Positions 22,770-31,857 of a stretch of 39,904 nucleotides of DNA are shown here, one piece after another; position 1 is the first letter of the stretch, and each line of letters opens with the position of its first letter. The stretch lies in contig NC_059428.1 in NCBI RefSeq assembly GCF_021028975.2, positions 7,960,097 to 8,000,000 of the forward strand, read 5' to 3'. The DNA comes from Sphaerodactylus townsendi. Its lineage: Eukaryota. The position numbers were made by a program, and so were the translations under genes. Under the pieces are notes generated by a model that was not told the origin of the DNA, made no database searches, and saw nothing but the letters and a program-made list of their open reading frames with translations.

Positions 22770-23082
22770 ACCAGTGTGGTGCAGTGGTTAAGAGCAGGTG
22801 CACTCTAATCTGGAGGGACTGGTTTTGATCCCCCTCTCTGCTGCTTGAGCTGTGGAGGCTTATCTGAGGAACCAGATTAGCTTGTGCACTCCAACAGATG
22901 CCAGCTAGTCATCCTTCTTCTGAGCTCTCTCAGCCCCACCCACCTCACAGGGTGTTTGTTATGGAGGGGGAGGGAAAGGAGATTGTAAGCCCCTTTGAGT
23001 CTCCTTACAGGAGAGAAAGAGGGGGATATAAATCCAAACTCCTCCTCCTCCTCCTCCTCCTCCTCCTCCTCCTCCTCTTCTT
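22770..23082 (+). mobile_element. Squam3-like SINE (second subfamily) with (CCT)n tail
   Basis: tRNA-like head TGTGGTGCAGTGGTTAAG; shared 3' body. Confidence 0.85.
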
Positions 23083-23290
23083 TAAGCATAAGCATTTTAT
23101 TGTCATTGTGCACGCACAACGAAATTTACAGCAGCATTCCTCGATGCACACAATTTCAGACTCATACCCCATCCTCACTTTCCCCTTCCTCCACCCATCC
23201 CTACACAGCCCCAAACACATCAACACGAAGCCACGGAGTTTAGCATAGCCACAGCTCTAGAGTAGGAGCTGTCTCTAAGCCTCTTTGTCC

Positions 23291-23521
23291 NNNNNNNNNN
23301 NNNNNNNNNNNNNNNNNNNNNNNNNNNNNNNNNNNNNNNNNNNNNNNNNNNNNNNNNNNNNNNNNNNNNNNNNNNNNNNNNNNNNNNNNNNNNNNNNNNN
23401 NNNNNNNNNNNNNNNNNNNNNNNNNNNNNNNNNNNNNNNNNNNNNNNNNNNNNNNNNNNNNNNNNNNNNNNNNNNNNNNNNNNNNNNNNNNNNNNNNNNN
23501 NNNNNNNNNNNNNNNNNNNNN
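23291..23521. other. Assembly gap (N run)
   Basis: 231 N characters. Confidence 1.
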
Positions 23522-24119
23522 GTTGCTTCTGCCATTCTCCCCTTCTCCATTTCATCCTCACAACAACCCTGTGAGGTAGGCTAGGCTGAGAGTGTGTGAC
23601 TGGCCTGAATCTCCCTTCCAGATCCCACCCCCCACCTACTGTGCCAGAACAGCTGCTTTGGAAGGGGGCCTCTGTGGCATTATCCGCAGTCCCCTCTCCA
23701 AACCCCGCCCTCTTTGGGCTCTGTTGGCAGTGAAGGACTCTATGCTGCCTCCTGCCTGAATGGCAGAGGGGGGCTGATCAGTACGTCTGTGTCAGGAGTG
23801 GCACCTGCCCCCACCCGACCACAGACAAGGAGGCACCAAGATGCACGTCTGGGCTGAGGGGGGCGGTCTTGCTGGGGCCAGGGTGCGAATGCTGACCTTC
23901 TATGTACCCCCACCTGTAATATGTTAATGGGCTTTTGTTCTGTTTCTTATGCACTTGGTCACGTATATAACTAGGCTAACCCTACTTGAGATTCCGGAAG
24001 AGAGGAGGGAGGAATGGAGGCCGCGGGCGCAGCCTGGCAGGAGACTGTTGCTTTGGCCGTGGGATACTTGTCTTTGAAAACAAAGTTTTTCCACACCTCG
24101 TTGTTCTCACAATCTATGG

Positions 24120-24254
24120 TATAGATGTCAAACTCGCGGCCCTCCAGATGTTATGGACTACAGTTCCCATCATCCCCTGCCAGCATCATGCTGGCATGGG
24201 ATGATGGGAACTGTAGTCCATAACATCTGGAGGGCCACGAGTTTGACACCTGTG
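24120..24254. mobile_element. Palindromic hAT MITE (CACAGGTGTCAAAC-type TIR)
   Basis: Near-perfect hairpin; exact 8-bp TSD ATCTATGG (24112-24119 / 24255-24262). Confidence 0.93.
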
Positions 24255-24561
24255 ATCTATGGGAAGGTGGGAGGAGAGAATCCAGGGGAGTCAAAGGGGG
24301 ATATGTATGACTAGAGCCAGGATTGGCAGAGCTGCCTTTCTGAAGCCGCCTGTTGCCAACCCAACAAAGGCTTCTGATTCTACATCTAGAGTCTGCTTAT
24401 TGATCGTTGGTGCAAAGCCTGACAGTCAAAGAGCCAGAGGGGCCAAGACCCTCCCTGCTTCTCCCCCACTCTCCACCATTTTTCACCGTGTGTGCAGAGA
24501 GATGCAGACAGCAGCACCCCCGCCCCCCATCCAGCTAGTTACACTAGAATAGAGAATCTAT

Positions 24562-24702
24562 GGCTCGTTCCGCACATGCAGAATAATGCACTTTCAAACT
24601 GCTTTCAGTGCTCTTTGAAGCTGTGCGGAATGGCAAAATCCACTTGCAAACAGTTGTGAAAGTGGTTTGAAAACGCATTATTCTGCGTGTGCGGAAGGGG
24701 CC
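24562..24702. mobile_element. PIF/Harbinger-type MITE
   Basis: Same family as 6990-7129; 3-bp TSD TAT. Confidence 0.85.
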
Positions 24703-25751
24703 TATCTCTCCACTTTTCTATCCAGAGCAGAGTTCATGAATGAAGACTCCTCTAATCAGTTAGGAACTATGCACTGGCTCTGAGCCCCCGCTGTGGCCAC
24801 TGTGCATCATGCGTGCGTTCCTGGTCAGCTCTGCCGCGCTTTGACTCTCTGCGCACTCTGCTGTCATGAAAAGGTATCTCTTACCACAGAGAGAAAGACC
24901 AACAGGTTCCACTCCGCAAATCTCCAGCTGTTTCCCAAGCCAGGGCTGGCAACCCCATCCACAAGACGCCAGAATGGGGGTGGGCATACACACCAGAAAG
25001 GGAAAAGAGCCCCCCTCCCCCTCCCCACTGCTGCTCCACACATGTCTGTTTGCTTTTGGAGCAGAGTTCTGTGGGGAGTGCACAAGGTTGGTTGGCGGTT
25101 GCCCGGCGCTCCCTCGCCTCAGCAGCAGGGCCCAGAGGAGTTTCCCTTCGCTGTCCCGGCCTCTATATACCAGCCTCCTTCCTCTTGCTCACTTGAGCTG
25201 CTGGAAGATTTCTCAGACACCTGGAAGGGAGAAACTCAATGGGAGCTGGAAACCGATTGCTCAGCCGCAAGGTAAGGGGGAAGGTGCTGACCTCTTTGGA
25301 CTAGCGATTGCGCAAATCTGGGCTTTGCCTTTCTGCAGCGTGGTGTAGTGGTTAGAATGTCATGCTGGGATCTGGGAGGCTCTGCCGTGCAAGCGTTCAG
25401 GGGGGCCTCGGGCCAGTCACAGGCTCTCAGCCCAACCTACCTCGTCAGGCTGTTGTGAGGACAAAATGGCAGGAAAGGGAAAGGATGTAATCTTCTTACT
25501 CGGGCAGAAGGTTGAGTATAAATGAAGGAAATTACAAAATAGGTGATCGGACAGAAGATTTTTAAAAAGTGTTGCCTGAGCCCCCTGAATCTGTCTCAAG
25601 AAGGTTATGGGAGATAGAAAATGCTGAGAAATGCAGAAGACGTTTAATAGCAATGTGGTGCCCAGAAGGTAAAAGCATCGTTTCCTGTCCCCCCTCCTTG
25701 GCCTCTAACTAAACTGGTTCTCAGTTGAAGAACAAATGTATGGAGGTCAGA

Positions 25752-25987
25752 TTTTTGGAGGAGAAGTCGATTTATGGCTCCCACTCTTGATCCTCCTTGA
25801 TCTGAGATTGCAAATGCCTTAGCAGACCAGGTGCTCAGGAGCAGCAGCAGCAGCAGAAGGCCATTGCTTTCACCTCCTGCCTGTGAGCTCCCAAAGGCAC
25901 CTGGTGGGCCACTGCGAGTAGCAGAGAGCTGGACTAGATGGACTCTGGTCTGATCCAGCTGGCTCTTTCTTATGTTCTTATGTTCTT
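25752..25987 (+). mobile_element. CR1 3' end
   Basis: Shared 3' UTR and TTCTTATG tail. Confidence 0.88.
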
Positions 25988-26360
25988 AAGAAGCACTGAG
26001 GAAAATCAGTTCCCTCTGTCAGAGGGGAGACAAAAGCTCATTCAGTGGTTCTGTGTATGGAAAACTATTCTGAACTCCTACTGGCCTGTCAATAGAACTA
26101 TGTGGCAGTCTCTGGAGAACCGGGTTTGAATCTCCCACTCCTTCACATATGTATCAGACTCCAATCTGGAGACAGGGTTTTGAATGCCCCACTCCTCCAT
26201 ACAGGTAGCGGGAGCTTGCTCCAGTGAACCAGATGTGTTTCGGCACTCCTACATTCCTACTGGGTGATCTTGGGCCAGTCACAGTTCTCTCAGGACTCTC
26301 TCAGCCCCACCTGCCTCACAAGGTGTCTGTTGCAGGAGAGGAAGGGAAAGGAGTTTGTAA

Positions 26361-26584
26361 ACTGGTTCTGGTGGGTTTTCTGGGCTGTGTGGCCATGGTC
26401 TGGTGGATTTTGTTCCTAACGTTCCGCCTGCATCTGTGGCTGGCATCTTCAGAGGTGTATCACAGAGGGAAGTCTGTTACACACTGTGTCTAAACGTTAG
26501 GAACAAAATCCACCAGACCACAGCCACACAGCCTGGAAAACCCACCAGAACCAGTTGAATCTGGCCCTGAAAGCCTTCGACAAT
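26361..26584. mobile_element. Penelope-like inverted pLTR inserted into a SINE tail
   Basis: Arms 26361-26423 / 26493-26555; 9-bp TSD AGTTTGTAA (26352-26360 / 26585-26593); hammerhead motif on the - strand at 26415-26455 (CTGAAGA intact, GAAA changed to GGAA). Confidence 0.8.
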
Positions 26585-27368
26585 AGTTTGTAAGCTGTTT
26601 TTGAAACTCCTTGTGGTTGAGAAAAGCAGGGCATAAAAACGCTCGCTTTTTTGTTTTTCTTAAGATATTTCATTTTTACTCAGTAAAATCACAGAAAGAA
26701 TGCATGTATGTATATTTGTTTAAACAGTCATTTAGATCAAAACATAGTTATAAACAGTCAAATGTTATACATATAACAAAATATAATATTAAAAATCCAA
26801 ACCAAAGAAGCTTAAAAAAGCATTTCACCAACCATGGATAAAAATTTACATAGGGAATCCCAATTTAAAAGGTCTACAATAAATATTATGAGCATTGATT
26901 TCTATCAGCCTGCTGGACTGTTACGAATTCTCACTGCAGCCGTGCACAATTTAGCAGCATTCACAGGAGTTCTCAACACTTCAGAGCTTCTTAATTCGCA
27001 CAAAATCAGTTTGGCCTGGGAACTTATTTAACACTGGAGAGATCAGTTTACTATGTCTGGCATTATAAATTAGGCAATATAATACAAGTGTCCCAGTGTT
27101 TCTATAAACATGTTAAGAAATAAAGAAAATTTTCCCACACTTGGATTAATGCCCCATATTTGAACATCACATCGTCATTTTTAATTCACTTGAACAGCGC
27201 CGAGGGTATTTTCCCACTCCAGTAATTGATCTAGCTTTTCCTCTTGTTGGAAATAACATTCAATGGACCAACAATTCCTTGTGGGAAAAGGGTGTCTGAA
27301 CCCAAATGCTTTATTGGTTCTTGTCCCAGTGACAACAGCAGAACAACGCTTGTGTATTTTCTACTCAA

Positions 27369-27681
27369 AGGAGCAGCAGTGGCGTAGGAGGTTAAGAGCT
27401 CATGTATCTAATCTGGAGGAACCGGGTTTGATTCCCAGCTCTGCCGCTTGAGCTGTGGAGGCTTCTCTGGGGAATTCAGATTAGCCTGTGCATTCCCACA
27501 CACGCCAGCTGGGTGACCTTGGGCTAGTCACAGCTTCTCGGAGTTCTCTCAGCCCCACCTACCTCACAGGGTGTTTGTTGTGAGGGGAGAAGGGCAAGGA
27601 GATTGTCAGCCCCTTTGAGTCTCCTACAGGAGAGAAAGGGGGGATATAAATCCAAACTCTTCTTCTTCTTCTTCTTCTTCT
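27369..27681 (+). mobile_element. Full-length Squam3-like SINE
   Basis: Complete head, body and (TTC)n tail. Confidence 0.9.
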
Positions 27682-28146
27682 CAAATAACCAATTCTCTTT
27701 CCCCTATTTTTAGTGCCCAGTAGTGGAAAGTCCGTGGTGGCACACCTGGGGAGGGGAAGTTTGTGTTTTGTCAGTCCTGACCTATAAATGTCTCTCACCT
27801 TCAAATCCTTTCCGAAGAGCTCAGGGTAGCACATAATTCTATGCTTCTCTTCACATTTTGTCTTCACGACTACCCTGTGGGGTAGGCTAAGCTGAGCGAG
27901 AGCAACTGCCCCAAAATCTGTGAGTGAGGATTTGGACCTGGTCCCTCTCATTACTAGTCTGACACGCTAAGTGGTCCGTCCATCACACCGGCTCTTTGAT
28001 CAGTTTAAATAGAAATTCGTCCAGCTGTTTTGTATGCCCACCAATGCAAACCGCCATCACCAACGGGAGGGATCTCGATTTCTAGGAGTTCATAGGAGAG
28101 GCCCGGCTCTGCTGGAGATCTCGGAGATCTGGAACTTGCACTAGAC

Positions 28147-28542
28147 CAGGGGTCGGGAACCTTTTCCCCTCAAAGAGCCATTTGGCTCACCCTCCCCTGC
28201 TTTCACCCCTGGCTCCCCGCCCCCCCTCGCTCCCCCATACGCCCACTTGCTGTCTCGCAGCCCCACATACCTGGAACCCGAGCGTGGAATGGAGACGGCC
28301 CGGCTCGGCCTGGCCGGCCGCCGGGCGAGGGAAGCGCCCGCCCTGCTCCCTGCAGGGCGGGTGAAGAGGATCCCGGCGGCTCGGCCTGGCCGGCCGCCGG
28401 GCAAGGGAAGCGCCCGCCCTGCTCCCGGCAGGGCGGGTGAAGAGGATCCCGGCGGCTCGGCTCATGGAGCCGCATGGGGAACAATGGTGAGGAAGAGCCG
28501 CATCGCGGCCTCCCTTGAAACCCACCGGAGTTCCCGAACCTG
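28147..28542. mobile_element. GC/CpG-rich non-autonomous hAT element with internal 76-bp tandem repeat
   Basis: TIR CAGGGGTCGGGAAC / GTTCCCGAACCTG; degenerate TSD CACTAGAC / CACTGGGT; repeat units start at 28301, 28377 and 28453. Confidence 0.75.
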
Positions 28543-28985
28543 CACTGGGTATTACTGAGGATTGCCTGCTCTGGATTGGGAAATTGCTGGAGAGGGCTGG
28601 ATTTGGGGTGACCTCAGCAGAGTGTAAACGCCACCCAGCCCATGTTCCAAAGCAGCTATTTGGTCCAGTCAGTCTTTGCTACAGTCACAGAAAAGCATAA
28701 GGTAAATAAAATAAAGGATAAAACACATTATAGTGTGAAACATATTAAAACAATGCTTCATGTTTGCCTTGTGTGCGCTGCCAATGGATAGGAGCCCACT
28801 CCTTTCTGATGGAGGAGAGAAGAAAGGCACGCTGCATTTTTATCTCAGGGGGTCAGAGAACAGCTTCCACCTCTCTTGACATCTGTCTGTGACATTGTAC
28901 GGTGCCCCACCGGTTTCTTTGACATTGAATATATCGTTTGTCTTCCCCTTCCAGAAGCGCAGAACAACGCATACCGGACAGCAGC

Positions 28986-29935
28986 ATGTCGCTCACTAAT
29001 GGAACTCGTGACGGCTTCGCTTTTATCTTGGTGGGTTTGCCTGGCATGGAAGCGGCCCAGTTTTGGTTGGCCTTCCCCTTGTGTGCCATGTACCTGGTGG
29101 CCGTTGTGGGCAACTGTGCCGTCATCTATGCTGTTAAAACAGACCCGGCACTCCATGCGCCCGTGTACTTCTTCCTCTGCATGCTGTCGGCTGTAGACGT
29201 TCTGCTTTCTACTTGCACAATGCCCAAAATCCTGTCTTTCTTTTGGTTTGACGCCAGGGAGATTGGCTACAACGCTTGCCTCGCCCAGATGTTCTTCATC
29301 CATGCCCTTTCAGGAGCTGAGTCCACCGTCCTCTTGGGCATGGCTGTGGACCGTTACGTGGCCATTTGCCACCCTCTGCGGCACTCTGCCGTCCTCACCA
29401 ACTCCATGACAGCAAAGATTGGCTTTGTGGCAGTAGCGAGAGGAGCCCTCTTCTTCCTCCCTCTTCCGTTGCTGATCAACCGCCTGCCGTTGTGTGGTTC
29501 CAGGGTGCTCACACACTCCTACTGCGTCCACCAAGATGTAATGCACCTGGCTTGTGGCGACAGAATGCCAAACGTTGCCTATGGATTGACCGCCATCCTT
29601 GCAGTGATGGGCCTGGATTCACTGCTCATCTTCCTGACCTACGCAGTGATCATGAAGACCGTCCTGCAGCTGCCCTCTAGACAAGAACAGCTGAAGGCAT
29701 CTGGGACCTGCCTGGCCCACGTCTGTGTCGTCCTGGCCTTCTACGTGCCCCTGATCGGGCTCTCTGTGCTGCACCGGTTCGGGAGGGACTTGCCCACGGC
29801 CTAGTTCACATCACAGCAGTGGCGTCCACCACCACACTCCTGGAGTACCCCGATTGCTCCAACCCCCCCCTTATCTATGCGGCCAGGACCAAAGAGCTAC
29901 GGAGAAGGGCCCTGAAGCCAGTGCGGAGGAGCTGA
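28986..29935 (+). pseudogene. OR51E2: OR51E2-like class I olfactory receptor; frameshift/stop at about 29796-29804 in this assembly (possibly an error)
   Basis: ATG 28986 follows an acceptor TCTTCCCCTTCCAG at 28954. Long matches to OR51E2 as recalled: TMPKIL..FWFD.REI, FFIHALS, CHPLRH.AVL, HSYCVHQDVM, YGLTAIL.VMG, TVLQLPS, VVLAFYVPLIGLSV.HRFG. The C-terminus LIYAARTKELRRR continues in another frame to TGA 29933-29935. Confidence 0.75.
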
Positions 29936-29950
29936 GCCAGATGCTGCTTC

Positions 29951-30472
29951 TGTAACCCCCATGCTCAGAATGGGTTGACCCAGGAAGGGGTGGAGACTCA
30001 AAGCAGCAGGAGGCTGCAGAGCTCATGTAGTTGGAGGAGACGAGGCTACCAGACTCGGACCTTGGTTTGTATAAGCCCTTAACACCTTGTTAAGGTAACT
30101 GCAATGTTGTTGGGAACTACTGGGAAGGTAGTTGTTTGTTTTTGCTATGTTGTAAATGTTGGAGTTTATTGTTTCAGGGTTTTTTGTGTTTGTAATGGGT
30201 GAGAGTTCTCCTGGAAACCTTCATCATGTTGAATCCTGTTCACCAAGCCCTGGGAGTCTTCAGGAGCCAACCCACTTGCAAAGAAGAATTGGCAGTATCA
30301 GTAGACTGTGAATATAAGGACTTGAAAATGCAACCTGAACAGCACCTTGAAGTGTGATGTTAAATGTTGATGTTATATGTTAAGAAAATAAACCATTTTG
30401 TTTTTTTAAAAAAATTGTTGTTGCAAACTCATTCCAAGTTCTGCCCCAAAGAACCCACAGATAGAGGTTACA
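29951..30472 (+). mobile_element. Solo LTR, family A, copy 3
   Basis: TGTAACC...GGTTACA termini; exact 4-bp TSD CTTC; AATAAA 30387-30392. Confidence 0.93.
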
Positions 30473-30869
30473 CTTCCACCCAGGGATGATTCCTTGTTCT
30501 GCTTTCATTGCAAATGCTCAGACACTGGAAGCAGCAGCAATGGCCTCCACGTGGGCCTTCTCCGTTGGTGTCCCCAACATGTGGAATGGCCTGCTGGGAA
30601 GGCCAGGAAGGCTCCTGCAAACTATGCCGAGTTAAATTAGCCACGAGAGCTTTTTGCATAGGAAACAGGGCTGCTCCGTCACATTATGATTCAGGTAGAA
30701 TCGCATGAAGCTGCCTTCGGCTGAACTGTCCTCCCACCCCTGGTCCATCAAAGCCGGTCTTGTGGTTGTGGTGGGTTTTCCGGGGGGCTGTGTGGCCGTG
30801 GTCTGGTGGATCTTGTTCAGAATTTGAGATTTAAAAGAAAACAGCAGATTGAATTTTTTTAAAAAAATA

Positions 30870-31305
30870 TTTTTCGATTTATAACCCGCCCTTCCCCGCA
30901 GGGCTCAGGATGGTGAACAACAACAATAAAAGTACAAAAGCACAACGGTCACGAAAGCATAAACAGCATAAAAACATTAACAGTAGATGGTAACAACCCG
31001 GCCTCTTATGCGTCCCTGGGAGGCCACTGAACAACGAAAGTAATTCAGTTCATACCCAGCTGGCCAGATGTAAAAGACTGGTGGAACAGCTCCATTTTAC
31101 AGGCTCTGCGGAAACAATTTAAGTCCCGCGAGGCCCTGATTTCACGGAGGGGGGGGGGGGCTGTTCCACCAGATGGAGGCCAGGGCCGTAAAGGCCCTCG
31201 TGGTGGCCAGTCGGATATCTTTTGGGCCAGAGTCCGCCAGCAGATTTTCCTCAAATGAGTGGAGGGATCTTGACGGGCAACAAGGGGAGAGGCAGTCCCA
31301 CAGAA
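30870..31305 (-). mobile_element. L2-like LINE 3' end
   Basis: Peptide IRASRDLNCFRRACKMELF is homologous to the element at 10735-11160. Confidence 0.75.
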
Positions 31306-31857
31306 TGTTTGTAATGACATTCTGTGTAATTGATAAATTGTTCCATTTTAAATAGATGCATAAATAGATTAGAATTCAACCATGAGATAGCAGGAAGGCA
31401 TTATTTGGATTATTTATAGTGTATAGTTAATTCTCTTGGTTGAAACTAATTATTGTATAGGGTATGTTTTTTTCTTATTATTATTAGTATTTTTCTTCGG
31501 TATTTCACATTTCTGTTTGTATTGATGTAATAGTAGTGTGAAAGTGTATACGTTTTTGGTATGCTGAGAAAATTTAAAAATTACATTAACAAGTCCACTG
31601 GACAGACAACAAAACCAAGAAGGATTCTTTAAAAAATGTCCAAAGGAGGCAGGCGATGGCAAACCACTCACTACACAGAAGCAGGGGATGGCAAACTACT
31701 TCTGCTTATTGCTTGCCTTGACTTGGAGGCCCTGGCTACCTCCATCTTATTAGCTACCAAAAGCTTAGCAACATCAGCCCTAGTTAGTATTTGGATGGGA
31801 GACCAGAAAAGAAAACCGGGGCTGCTACGCAGAGGCGAGGAATGGCCACACGCCATT

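Noticed and set aside
22877-23584. Poly-E/S/L/R and poly-X ORFs
   Set aside because: Caused by a microsatellite SINE tail and the N gap.
28938-28985. Upstream start for the third OR given by the ORF track
   Set aside because: It is a TTG within the predicted intron's pyrimidine tract; the first ATG is at 28986.
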